Part shown: positions 44,734-54,183 of the stretch, piece after piece | Numbering within the stretch: position 1 is the first letter of the stretch | Layout: every line of letters begins with the position of its first letter | From: Myxococcota bacterium | Lineage (GTDB): Bacteria; Myxococcota_A; Polyangia; Nannocystales; Nannocystaceae | Direction of reading: 5' to 3' | Assembly: GCA_039028615.1 (NCBI GenBank) | Contig: JBCCHT010000047.1 | Location: forward strand, 30,891-94,890 | DNA length: 64,000 nt | Notes under the pieces: generated by a model | What the model saw: the letters and a program-made list of their open reading frames with translations, nothing else | Told to the model about the DNA's origin: nothing | Databases searched by the model: none | Position numbers and translations under genes: made by a program

Positions 44734-45759
44734 TCAGTACATCAAGTTGTCGATGCGCGACTCGCCCGCGGGGATTTCGGTCTCCCCGAGCAGCTGCCGC
44801 AGGTCTCGCTCGATCGTCCGGCACAGCGCGTTCATGGGCACGTCGTTCATGCTGCGCTCGAAGGGGTCCTCGCTCGAGTCCCCGATGCCTTCCATGGTCC
44901 TGAACACCCAGGAGACGAGGCTCGACGCGGCGACCATGGGCAGCACCGCCAAGACGCTGTCGAGCACGCCCAGGTCGCTGGCGTCCGCCGCGAAGACGTC
45001 GAGCAGGCCGAAGGGCACCAAGAAGGTGAACACCCGGGTGAAGACGCGAGAAAACTCGGCATATTGCCGCGGGAAGGGCGTGTTCTTGATCCGCTCGCAC
45101 TTGCCCTGGAGCCCGTAGCACTCCTCGACCAGCTTCATCATCGCGATCTGGTGGAACAGGTCGAGGCGCTTTTCGGCGACGTGCTGCGCGAGCACGAGGC
45201 CTTGGCGGTTGAGCAGGTGGGTGGCGGGATTGACCTGGGCGCTGGCCGACGCGTGTTCTTCGGGCTCGAGGAAGGGGGCCAGCTCTTGGTCCCAGTCGTT
45301 GCGCATGTGCTCGGCGTGGCGCTCGAGCCGTAACTTCGTGGCCTTGACCGGCTTGTCGTAAAAGCGCGAGGTCTTGCGGAGCTGCAGGCGCAAGGCGTTG
45401 ATCCACGCCAGCTGCCGATAGATGAGCTCGCGTCGCGCGGCCCGGGCCCGCTCGCTGTCGTCACCCACGTCGATGTAGCTCATGACGTTGGTGGCCCAGG
45501 TGCGGCTGACGTTGACGATGCCGCCCCAGATCTTGCGACCCTCCCAGAAGCGATCGTAGGCGGAGTTGTTCTTGAAGCCGACGTAGAACGCGACGGCGGT
45601 GCCGATGGTGCTGATGGGCAGGAAGGGCACCCGTAGGAAGTCCATGCCCGCGTGCGCGTACAGCAGGTAGACCAGCCCGGCCCACGCCGCCGAGATGGCC
45701 ATGGTGCGGGAGGAAAAGCGCAGCAGGTTCGACAGGGAGATGCGGCGGTTGATGATCAT
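44734..45759 (-). CDS. Bestrophin-family ion channel
   Basis: IGTAVAFYVGFKNNSAYDRFWEGRKIWG, CERIKNTPFP..Y, EDPFE...NDVPM. Confidence 0.93.
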   Translation of the reverse strand: MIINRRISLSNLLRFSSRTMAISAAWAGLVYLLYAHAGMDFLRVPFLPISTIGTAVAFYVGFKNNSAYDRFWEGRKIWGGIVNVSRTWATNVMSYIDVGDDSERARAARRELIYRQLAWINALRLQLRKTSRFYDKPVKATKLRLERHAEHMRNDWDQELAPFLEPEEHASASAQVNPATHLLNRQGLVLAQHVAEKRLDLFHQIAMMKLVEECYGLQGKCERIKNTPFPRQYAEFSRVFTRVFTFLVPFGLLDVFAADASDLGVLDSVLAVLPMVAASSLVSWVFRTMEGIGDSSEDPFERSMNDVPMNALCRTIERDLRQLLGETEIPAGESRIDNLMY

Positions 45760-45798
45760 GGGCCGGTGCCAACCCATACCCTCCCGCGGTCAGCGCGG

Positions 45799-46698
45799 CT
45801 ACCGGTCGGGTCGGGGGAGTCGGCACCGATACCGCGGGGGCTCGGTCTTCTGGCTGCGGACCCGGGCTCTGCGGCGTACGACGAGCGCGGCGATGGTGGA
45901 GGTCAGCGCCATCGTGCCCAAGCCCGCGGAGCCGAGGCCGAGGCCGAGTCGCACGCTGGGCTCTTCGACGAGCGCGGCGCCCAGGCCCAGGCCGCCTGCT
46001 CCCGCGGCCCCCGCGATGCTGAAGCCCGACAACACCCGAAGCGCCCGCCGAGGAGGCTTGATCGGGGGCGAGGTCGGGGGCGGCAACACCATGTCGATCC
46101 GTCGCGTCTCGCCGCCCACCAGCTGCAGCGTGCGGGTCTCGCCGTCGACGTCGAGCCGATGCTCACCGGGGGTGGTCAGCTCCATGCGCGCACCGCTGTC
46201 GCCGAGCATGTCGTACTCGTCGAGGCAGATGGTGGAGCCCGGTCGGGCGAGCACCCGCAGCACGACGACATGCGGCCGGCTATTGGCCTGCGCGGCGAGG
46301 ACGTCGTCGCGCTCGTCGGGATCGGTGGTCTCCTCGAGCAGGGTCTCGAAGGTCTGCCAGGCACCCACGTGATTGCCCGCCAGCTGCTGGGCCAACCCGA
46401 GGTTGTACAGGCTGTCCGCGTGGGGGGCCAAGCGCTGCGCCCGGGTGAAGTGCCGGACCGCGTCTTCGTAGCGCTCTTCCTTGAAGGCCTGGACCCCGCG
46501 CCGAAAGGCATCGCCCGCCTCGGCCAGCGGTGGCTCGGGCTCGTCGTCTTCGGGCGTCGTGGTCGAGTCGCTCGCAGGATCGTCGACGCCGGGTTCGGGA
46601 TCGGCCTCGGCGGGGGCAGGGGCGGCGTGGCGACCGACCGCGGCCGCGGGTCCCCACGGCGACACGGCCAGCACGAGCGCTGCGACGAGCATCGTCAT
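45799..46698 (-). CDS. Exported TPR protein with C-terminal membrane helices
   Basis: AFRRGVQAFKEERYEDAVRHFTRA...LYNLGLA TPR; start uncertain (46692-46782). Confidence 0.75.
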   Translation of the reverse strand: MTMLVAALVLAVSPWGPAAAVGRHAAPAPAEADPEPGVDDPASDSTTTPEDDEPEPPLAEAGDAFRRGVQAFKEERYEDAVRHFTRAQRLAPHADSLYNLGLAQQLAGNHVGAWQTFETLLEETTDPDERDDVLAAQANSRPHVVVLRVLARPGSTICLDEYDMLGDSGARMELTTPGEHRLDVDGETRTLQLVGGETRRIDMVLPPPTSPPIKPPRRALRVLSGFSIAGAAGAGGLGLGAALVEEPSVRLGLGLGSAGLGTMALTSTIAALVVRRRARVRSQKTEPPRYRCRLPRPDR

Positions 46699-46858
46699 CG
46701 ACGACGCCTCCGGCTCGAGCATGCCCCGGCGTGACGGAGCGGCAGGGCGCGATGCGAAGGGCAGGGCACAGGCGACAGGCACTCGAAGTGTACGTCGAGG
46801 TCGTGGACCGCCGCGACGCCCGACACTCGATCAGTGCCCGCGGGGCAAGGCCCTCCGG

Positions 46859-48274
46859 TTACTCGTCGCCGTAGGGATTGTCTTCGCGGAGCCGCGGCCC
46901 CTGCTTCTTGGGCCGAGGCTTGCGACGGATCCGTCGAAGCGCGCCATCGCCCGTGGAGCTGCTCTCGGCTCCGGTGTCTTCGGCCTCGTCCTCGACGGGC
47001 CGGGGCGTCGCGGGCACGGGCTCCACGGCGCCGCGGGGTTCGACGACGGCGGGCGTCGGCAGGGCGGCGGGCTCGGGCTTGGCCGCGGCCTTGGGCAGGT
47101 TGCCGGGCACGACGCTGCCCGCCTCGAAGCGCACGGGCTCCTCCGCCGCATTGAAGCCCAGCGTGGGCAGCAGGTTGGTGGCCGCGTAGACGCCCCCGAA
47201 GGCGACCAAGGCGGCCATGGCACCCAGCCCCATCAGCCGGAGCGAACGACCGAGGGCCTCGGGCCCCGGGCGCGGCGTGACGACCTCGATGGGGGTGACC
47301 AACCCGATCTCGGGCATGGCTTCGCGGACGATGTCGGCGAGCCGAGCCTTGACCTCGGCCCCGCCGTGACCAGCCTGCATCATCTCTTGGGCCAGCGCGT
47401 CGGCGAGCTCGAGCGCGGTGGAGAAGCGGTCCTCGGGGTCGGGCCGCAGGCAGCCCAGGATGATCTCGATGAGCCACCGCGGCACCGAGACCTCGCGCAG
47501 GCCTTCGGCGATCTCGTTGGCGTCGCAGCGCTGCAATCGCTCGAGAGTGGCGGTGGTGTGGGTGTCCCCGAAGGGCAGCGCGTTGGTGCACAGCTCGTAC
47601 AGCACGGTGCCCAGCGCAAACACGTCGCTGCGCGCGTCGAGGTCTTCGAGCCGCGATTGCTCGGGGCTCATGTACGGCAGCTTGCCGCACAGCACCCCGA
47701 CCTGCGTCATGTCGTTGTTGGTGTCGACCTTCGCCAGGCCCAGGTCGATGAGCAGGGCGCGACCCGACTGGTCGAGCATCACGTTGTGCGGCGACAGGTC
47801 GCGATGCACGATCTGAATCGGGTTGCCGTCGCCGTCGGTGGCGTTGTGCAGCGCGTGCAGGCCTCGGGCCGTCTCGGCCACGATGAACGCGGCTTCGATC
47901 GCGGCGAACGATCGCTCGCGATGCAGCATGAGCTGGCGAAGGGTGGCGCCTTCGATGAGCTCGAGCGCCAAGAAGCAGTAGCCTTGGTCCTCGCCCGCAT
48001 CGATCGTGGCGACCACGTTGGGATGCCGAACGCGAGACGCGAGTCGAGCCTCGCGATAGAAGCGTTGGCGAAAGCCTTCTTCGGCGGCGAGGTGAGGGTG
48101 CACGACCTTGAGTGCGAACTCACGGGCAAACCCACCTGTAGCTTCGAGCGTGGCGAGGTACACGCTCGCCATACCTCCGACCGCAATTCGACCCGCAATT
48201 TCATACCGTCCCAAACGCGTGCTCGGCAGCGGTACGCTGCGATCATCGAACACGGGTTGGTCGGGGAAAGACAT
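46859..48274 (-). CDS. Membrane-anchored Ser/Thr protein kinase
   Basis: GGMASVY, FALK, HRDLSPHN, DLGLAK, GKLPYMSPEQ; TM helix. Confidence 0.92.
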   Translation of the reverse strand: MSFPDQPVFDDRSVPLPSTRLGRYEIAGRIAVGGMASVYLATLEATGGFAREFALKVVHPHLAAEEGFRQRFYREARLASRVRHPNVVATIDAGEDQGYCFLALELIEGATLRQLMLHRERSFAAIEAAFIVAETARGLHALHNATDGDGNPIQIVHRDLSPHNVMLDQSGRALLIDLGLAKVDTNNDMTQVGVLCGKLPYMSPEQSRLEDLDARSDVFALGTVLYELCTNALPFGDTHTTATLERLQRCDANEIAEGLREVSVPRWLIEIILGCLRPDPEDRFSTALELADALAQEMMQAGHGGAEVKARLADIVREAMPEIGLVTPIEVVTPRPGPEALGRSLRLMGLGAMAALVAFGGVYAATNLLPTLGFNAAEEPVRFEAGSVVPGNLPKAAAKPEPAALPTPAVVEPRGAVEPVPATPRPVEDEAEDTGAESSSTGDGALRRIRRKPRPKKQGPRLREDNPYGDE

Positions 48275-48413
48275 GGTTCCGAATGGAACGGTTGAGGGTC
48301 AACGCTCGGGTTGGTTCGACTGACGCGTTCGCCTAAGATGCGCGCCCTACGGCGGCGAGGCCCGAAGGCCGCACGAGTTCTTTCTCAACCCGTGGCCGTT
48401 TTGGTGAGCCGGC

Positions 48414-49088
48414 TTGCCGAATGTAATCATACCAACGGATCATGCAGACGCGAGCAACCCTTTGCTCCTGGTCGCTGCCCATGCGCTCGTGAGAATGGGC
48501 GCATGCGTCGAGATCGACGCCACCGGTGAGAACTTGGTGGAACGAATCGATCCGAAACAGGCGGAAGAGGCGCAAGAACGTGCGGATCCCCCCATCGTGG
48601 TGCGCGTGCGGGCGGAGGGACTGCCGAATTTGCTGCACGAGCTGGTCCACGCGGTTCAGACGGACCGACTCGACGATGACCATGGAATCGACTATTCCGC
48701 GATTCCCTTTGATTTGGATTCCAAGGCCGGTCGCGCGGTCCTCTGGGATGAACTGGCTTGTTGCGTGATTAGCTGCGCTTATCTGTGGTCCCACGGCCGA
48801 GCGGCCCGAACGGGCGGCTCCTTTGCCCAAGTGCGAGCCGAGGTCGAGGCCTGGTTCCGCGAGCAGGTCGAGATCCAGCCCGTCTTCTACGGCATGGAAG
48901 ACTCCCCGCGAGCCTTCGTCGCTCGGGTGGGGGATCTGCTGCATCGATACGCCCACGAGGTGGACGCGGCGATCGAGCGCGCCTATGCACTGACCGAACG
49001 CGCTCTGCGTCATGCGGGGGCCCAGCCGCAGCTCGCCTCGGCCCCCCACCGCCCGACGCCGCAGAGCCTGTGGCCACTACTGGCATGA
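48414..49088 (+). CDS. Hypothetical protein with HExxH motif
   Basis: NLLHELVHAV followed by WDELACC; overlaps next gene (ATGA). TTG start uncertain. Confidence 0.6.
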   Translation: MPNVIIPTDHADASNPLLLVAAHALVRMGACVEIDATGENLVERIDPKQAEEAQERADPPIVVRVRAEGLPNLLHELVHAVQTDRLDDDHGIDYSAIPFDLDSKAGRAVLWDELACCVISCAYLWSHGRAARTGGSFAQVRAEVEAWFREQVEIQPVFYGMEDSPRAFVARVGDLLHRYAHEVDAAIERAYALTERALRHAGAQPQLASAPHRPTPQSLWPLLA

Positions 49089-50488
49089 GCGACTCTGCAC
49101 GACGTTGGCAACGGACCCTCGGGTCCTGGTTGTTCGAGTACCGCTGGCTCCTGGTGCTGATGATCGCCGCCTTGGTGGTCCGCCTGCACTGGAACCTCGT
49201 GGTGCACCCGCTCGAGGACTACATCTACTCGGACATGCGCGGCTACATGCGTCGCGCCAATGCGTTGTTCGAGACGTGGTGGGAGCCCCGGGAGTACGAC
49301 GCCTTTTATCCCTACGGGACCCACGTGTTCCTGTACGCGATTCAGGCCGCGTTCGGTGACGAGCCGAGCAACTACCGCCCGATCGCGATCGTCTACGCCG
49401 TGCTCGGGGCGTGCCTGGTCGGCGCGGGTTACTTGCTCGCCCGCCGGGTCAGCCGCCACTCGTTCGTGCCCCCCGCGGTGGGCCTCGTGCTGGTGTTCTA
49501 CTACCCGCTGATCTCGCTGGGTGGCTACACGCTCTCCGAGGTTCCGTTCTCGCTGTGCCTGGTGTCGTCGACCTTGTTCTTGGTCCGCATGGCGCAGACG
49601 GGGCAGCGCCGCGATGCCTGGGCGGCGGGGGTGTTCGCGGCCCTGGGCTTCGTCATTCGTCCCCAAATTCTGGCCAGCATCGGGCTCTTGGGGGTGTTTT
49701 GGCTGCTCGCTCGCAAGCGCCTGCCCAAGCTGCGGCTGAGCTTGATGCTCCAGGCCTTGGTGCCGCTGTTGTTGATCGGCTCGTTCTCCGCGTGGCGGCT
49801 GCACTACCACACCGGTCGCCGCGGCTTGATCTCCGAGAACGGCAAGTTCAACCAGGTCTTCGGTCGCTGTCACAACAACAAGATCCGAGCGCTGCCCGAC
49901 AAGCCCGGACGACGACTCACCAGCTTTGGTCCCCCGCCGCTCATCCAGCTCGAGAAGCGGGAGAAGAAGATGCCCGGGGCGTGGCCCGGTCTCGATCCCA
50001 CGCTCGAGCGCCAGCTCGAGTACCGCGGCTACATCGGTGACTCCGACAAGCTCGACGAGTTCATCGACACCTGCATCGAAAAGACCACCTGGAAGAAGCA
50101 GGTCGAGTACAGCCTGGTGAACGTGATGTTGTTGTGGCGCTACAACATCATGTGGCCCGACTCGGGGAAGGGCTTCTGGCGCGAGCACGTCAAGCAGTGG
50201 GGGATCATCCACACCAACGGCTTTGCGATCCCGGCCCTCATCGCCTTGCTCGCGGTGTTCGTGCGGCGACGTGCCGACGGCCTGGCGATCGTGTCGCTGC
50301 ACCTGTGGGCGATCATCATCATCGCCGTCCTCATCCTCGGCGGGATCCGCTTCCGGGCGCCCTACGATCCCTTCATCATCGTGATGGCGCTCGAGGTGTA
50401 CGCGGGTGGCGCGACGTGGGTGGTGGGCCAAATTCGGCGGTTGTTGCGCAAGACTGACGAAAACCAACCCAAAACTGCCGTCCGCTGA
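49085..50488 (+). CDS. GT-C fold (ArnT/PMT-like) membrane glycosyltransferase
   Basis: Multi-TM; YSDMRGY after TM1, FYPYG, TLSEVPF, IRPQ, terminal RFRAP. Confidence 0.75.
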   Translation: MSDSARRWQRTLGSWLFEYRWLLVLMIAALVVRLHWNLVVHPLEDYIYSDMRGYMRRANALFETWWEPREYDAFYPYGTHVFLYAIQAAFGDEPSNYRPIAIVYAVLGACLVGAGYLLARRVSRHSFVPPAVGLVLVFYYPLISLGGYTLSEVPFSLCLVSSTLFLVRMAQTGQRRDAWAAGVFAALGFVIRPQILASIGLLGVFWLLARKRLPKLRLSLMLQALVPLLLIGSFSAWRLHYHTGRRGLISENGKFNQVFGRCHNNKIRALPDKPGRRLTSFGPPPLIQLEKREKKMPGAWPGLDPTLERQLEYRGYIGDSDKLDEFIDTCIEKTTWKKQVEYSLVNVMLLWRYNIMWPDSGKGFWREHVKQWGIIHTNGFAIPALIALLAVFVRRRADGLAIVSLHLWAIIIIAVLILGGIRFRAPYDPFIIVMALEVYAGGATWVVGQIRRLLRKTDENQPKTAVR

Positions 50489-50575
50489 AACAGGACCCCA
50501 CCACCCGGGGTCGAACCCGAGCTGGTCCGTCTGGTCGCTATACCTAGGCCGGGCACCCACCGCGGCTGATCACCG

Positions 50576-51202
50576 ATGAAGCGATCCTCTTCCATTGTTC
50601 CTGCGCTTGGCGGCATTGCCGCTGCACTGGTGACCTTCATGGCGTTCGCACCTTCGGCGCACGCTGCACCGCTGATGCTGGCCACCGACATCGGTACCGA
50701 CCTTTTGGGTCTGGTCGACGACGTAGCCCGCACCGTGGCCACGGGCGGAGGGATCTGCGTCGACAGCATCTACTCCGTCGGGGTGGCGCTGGGCTTCGAC
50801 CCCCACGGCTCGGCCAACGCCGCCGACTGTCACGACCTGCGCGGGGTCGGCTTCGCCTTCCTCGGCCTGGCGGCAGTCGTCGTCATCGCGGTCGGCCGCA
50901 TGCGATTGGCCACCGAGCAGCGTCGCCTCGAGGTCGCCCGTCGGCTCATCGAGCGCGGCATGGAGCTGCCCGCCGGGCTGCTCACCGCACCCGCCCGTCG
51001 CGACCTTCGCAAGGGCATCGTGCTCGTGTTCGCCGGCCTGGGTCTGGTGGTCGCGGGAATGATGCTCGGCGACCGCGGTATGGCGGCAGGCGGTCTCATC
51101 CCCGCCTTCATCGGCATCGGCTATCTCATCAGTCATCGCCTGGCGACGGGCGAGTCCGAACCGGGGACCCACGAATCTCAACCACGAGGGCAGGGCGAAT
51201 AG
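50576..51202 (+). CDS. DUF6249-like membrane protein
   Basis: RRLEVARRLIERG...DLRKGIVLVFAGLGL...GLIPAFIGIGYLI, immediately upstream of ECF sigma. Confidence 0.65.
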   Translation: MKRSSSIVPALGGIAAALVTFMAFAPSAHAAPLMLATDIGTDLLGLVDDVARTVATGGGICVDSIYSVGVALGFDPHGSANAADCHDLRGVGFAFLGLAAVVVIAVGRMRLATEQRRLEVARRLIERGMELPAGLLTAPARRDLRKGIVLVFAGLGLVVAGMMLGDRGMAAGGLIPAFIGIGYLISHRLATGESEPGTHESQPRGQGE

Positions 51203-51820
51203 ATGTCCGCAAACGCATCGAGCGACTCCGTCGCAATCCTGGACGCTGGCGTCCTCAGTCCGCGACCCGCCGTTCCCCTCGAGAGCCTGCTCGAGCCCAC
51301 GCTCGTCGGTCGAGCCGGCCGCGGTGATCGAGTCGCCTTCGCCGAGCTGGTCCGGCGCCACCAGGGCAAGGTCCGCGCCTTGCTGCTGCGGCTATGCGGC
51401 GATCGAAGCCTCGCTGACGATCTCGCCCAAGAGGTGTTCCTGCGCGCGTATCGGGGCCTGGTGGGCTTCGAGGGCCGCTCGAGCTTCGGCACCTGGGTCT
51501 ACCGCATCAGCTACAACGTCTATCTCAACCACCGCTCGCGCACGCGCTCGTACGCGGCGCTGCCCGAGGACTACGACGTCCGCGCCGCGGCCCCCGACGA
51601 TGCGATGAGTGCCCCCCGGGCCGACCTTCGTCGCGATCTCGGAGCGGCCATCGAAGAGCTGCCTGAGCGCTACCGGGCGGTGATCGTGCTGTACTATCTC
51701 CAAGAGGTGTCCTACCCGGAGATCGCAGAGATTCTCGAGCTGCCGCTCGGTACGGTGAAGACCCATCTGCATCGAGCGAAGCGTCTGCTTCGCCAGCAAA
51801 TGGGGGGAACCATCCGTTGA
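51203..51820 (+). CDS. ECF RNA polymerase sigma factor
   Basis: GDRVAFAELVRRHQ, ADDLAQEVFLRAY, FGTWVYRI, SYPEIAEILELPLGTVKTHLHRAK. Confidence 0.95.
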   Translation: MSANASSDSVAILDAGVLSPRPAVPLESLLEPTLVGRAGRGDRVAFAELVRRHQGKVRALLLRLCGDRSLADDLAQEVFLRAYRGLVGFEGRSSFGTWVYRISYNVYLNHRSRTRSYAALPEDYDVRAAAPDDAMSAPRADLRRDLGAAIEELPERYRAVIVLYYLQEVSYPEIAEILELPLGTVKTHLHRAKRLLRQQMGGTIR

Positions 51821-52359
51821 GCGGCGCCTTGATGATCGCCACGAGCCCCGAGTTGGAGCGGCTCGAGTCGATCCTCGCCCAGCTCGAGGTCTCGCCGGCC
51901 CAGCTGCGTCGCGATCCCACGGGCGCGTCGTGGCTGCCCGAGGAAGCGCGAGCGCTGGTCGATCGCGATCCCGATTGCGAGTCCATGCTGCGCGAGTACG
52001 TCGAGGACGAGCTCGCGTTTGCGGGCGCTCTCGACGAGCCGATGACGCCGCCGAGTGCCGATCCCTTCTTCACCGCGAGGGTGGTCGACGCGTTGCCGCA
52101 GGCGTGGGTCCCCAACCGGCTCTCGCCGCGACGACGGCTGGCCGTGCTCGGTCTGTTCCACGTCATCGCGGGCTTGCTGGCGCTGATGGTCTTCGCCCTG
52201 GTCCCCGAGTCGACCGCGCGATGGGCCGAGCAGGCGCATGACGTGCTCGACTGGGGCTCAGACGCGGGCCCGGGCTTGTGGGTCGCCGCGACTGCGATCG
52301 CGGGAGTGGCGCTGGCTGCGTTCGTGGCCACGCGCACGCACGACACCCCGACGGCCTGA
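51817..52359 (+). CDS. Probable membrane anti-sigma factor
   Basis: Overlaps sigma stop; DPFFTARVVDALP and two TM helices. Confidence 0.65.
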   Translation: MSGALMIATSPELERLESILAQLEVSPAQLRRDPTGASWLPEEARALVDRDPDCESMLREYVEDELAFAGALDEPMTPPSADPFFTARVVDALPQAWVPNRLSPRRRLAVLGLFHVIAGLLALMVFALVPESTARWAEQAHDVLDWGSDAGPGLWVAATAIAGVALAAFVATRTHDTPTA

Positions 52360-52532
52360 GCCGAGAAACGCAGTTCCAGGGCGGGCCTGAGGGCCTCGTC
52401 GGGATCGTTGCGTGAGCTGGCTCAGCCCACAACGGCGCTCCGTGTGCCCCAGGCCACAGTCTCCTGCGGCCCATGGACGGGTCGCGTTGCATACTCGGCC
52501 CTGCGGTCCCGTCCAAAGGGCCTCGAAGGTTG

Positions 52533-53402
52533 ATGATGGCAGCTCGCGCATCCGTCCCAGTCGCTCTTTGCACCCTCCTCGCCGCCACCCTGGTGGTGCC
52601 TGCGGCCGCTCCCACGGCTCAGGCCGCTGCTCCCGAAGAGGCTGCTGCACCCGAAGGCTCGGTGGGCTTCATCGTCCTGCGCGAAAACGGCTCGGGCTCG
52701 GCCGCCCAGGCGCAGCGCTACCTCGACGCCTTCCTCACCAGCTTCGCCAATCGAGCGGGCTGGCCCGGTGCGGCGGGCAAGTACTTCACCAAGCGCAAGA
52801 AGGCCAAGAAGTACATCGACGAGGCCAAGCCTTCGTTCGGCTTCGTCAGCTACGGCGCGTACCTGGGCTTGCGCAAGGCCCATGGCCTCGAGGCGGTCGC
52901 GGTCGCCGATGCGGGGGCCAGCGGCGGCTCGCAGTACTTCGTCATCAGCAAGAACCACTTCACGCTCGATGACTGCAAGGGCAAGACGCTCGCCAGCAAC
53001 CACGCCTCCGACACCCAGTTCGTCGATCGCGTCATCTCGGGCGACGACTTCGACCTCGGTGACTTCGAACTGGTCTCCACGCGCCGACCGGTGCAGACGA
53101 TCAAGGCGGTCATCAACGACGAGGCCGAGTGCGCTCTGATCGACGACACCCAGATCACCGCGCTGACCAAGGTCGACGGCGGCGCCGCCCTTCGCCCCGT
53201 GTGGGCCTCCCAGGCGCTGCCCGCCGTGGTGATCGTGTCCTTCGGCAGCGCGTCCAAGGAGCACCGGGCAAGCTTCGAGCGCCACGTCGCAGCGATGTGC
53301 GAGGGCGACGGTCGCGATGCCTGTGATGCGGCCGGCCTCACCGAGCCCCGCAAGCTCAAGCCCGACGAGTTCGCGGCGCACCAGGCCGCCTACGACGGCT
53401 GA
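52533..53402 (+). CDS. PhnD/phosphonate-type periplasmic substrate-binding-like protein
   Basis: Signal peptide; QYFVISK..FTLDDCKGKTLAS, IKAVINDEAECALID, LRPVWASQALP. Confidence 0.6.
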   Translation: MMAARASVPVALCTLLAATLVVPAAAPTAQAAAPEEAAAPEGSVGFIVLRENGSGSAAQAQRYLDAFLTSFANRAGWPGAAGKYFTKRKKAKKYIDEAKPSFGFVSYGAYLGLRKAHGLEAVAVADAGASGGSQYFVISKNHFTLDDCKGKTLASNHASDTQFVDRVISGDDFDLGDFELVSTRRPVQTIKAVINDEAECALIDDTQITALTKVDGGAALRPVWASQALPAVVIVSFGSASKEHRASFERHVAAMCEGDGRDACDAAGLTEPRKLKPDEFAAHQAAYDG

Positions 53403-53493
53403 GCCCGACGCTCATTCGATCGAGCAACGCTCGCCGAGCTGGAACCACGCGTTCTCGCTCGAGCGAGCTTTTTGTTGGAAGGACGTGCGTGAT

Positions 53494-54183
53494 ATGCCTG
53501 TGTCGATGCCACGAGGAATTCGGCGGTTGCTGCCACTGCTCATCGTCGTTGCGGGCTGTCGGCCCCCCACGGCGGCCGAGGTCACCCCCGAGGTCGCCCA
53601 AGCGGCGCAGACGGCCGATGCGATCGCGATCTCCGATGAACTCGAGTCGCTCATCGCCAGCGGCAAGGACAAAGAAGAAGACCGCGTCTTCGCGCTCGAT
53701 CAGATCCGGGCCATGACCGACGACGGCAGCGCGGCGCATGCCTTCGCTCGGGCCGCGGTCGCGGGCCGGGTCGCGGAGCTCCGCGGGGTCAAGGCGGGCA
53801 AGCTCGTCAGCGAGGCCGAGAGCTACGCGCAAAAGAGCATCGACCGCGATCCGCAGTTCCGCGATCGCGCCGCGGCTCGCATGCTGGGCTCGCTGTGGGT
53901 CATGGCGCCGCCCCGCTTGCTCGAGCACGGTGATTCCGAGGAGGGTCTGACCCTGCTCGAGTCGCTGGCCGAAGAGCAGCCCGACGAGCCGCTCAACCAC
54001 TTGCGAGTGGCGGAGGCCTACGTGTTCCTCGGCGATCCCGAGCCGGCGATCCCCCACCTTTGCCAGCTGCAGAGCCATCGCGACGGGATGCGTCCCGACT
54101 TCGTCACCTTGCTCGACCGCTTGCTCGAGGACGCGGCCGACGAAGGGCCCATCGAGTGCGACGAGCAGGCGGCCGGCGAGTGA
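53494..54183 (+). CDS. TPR-like lipoprotein
   Basis: VVAGC lipobox; RMLGSLWVMAP...GD.EEGL.LL...P..PLNHLRVAEAY helical repeats. Confidence 0.7.
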   Translation: MPVSMPRGIRRLLPLLIVVAGCRPPTAAEVTPEVAQAAQTADAIAISDELESLIASGKDKEEDRVFALDQIRAMTDDGSAAHAFARAAVAGRVAELRGVKAGKLVSEAESYAQKSIDRDPQFRDRAAARMLGSLWVMAPPRLLEHGDSEEGLTLLESLAEEQPDEPLNHLRVAEAYVFLGDPEPAIPHLCQLQSHRDGMRPDFVTLLDRLLEDAADEGPIECDEQAAGE

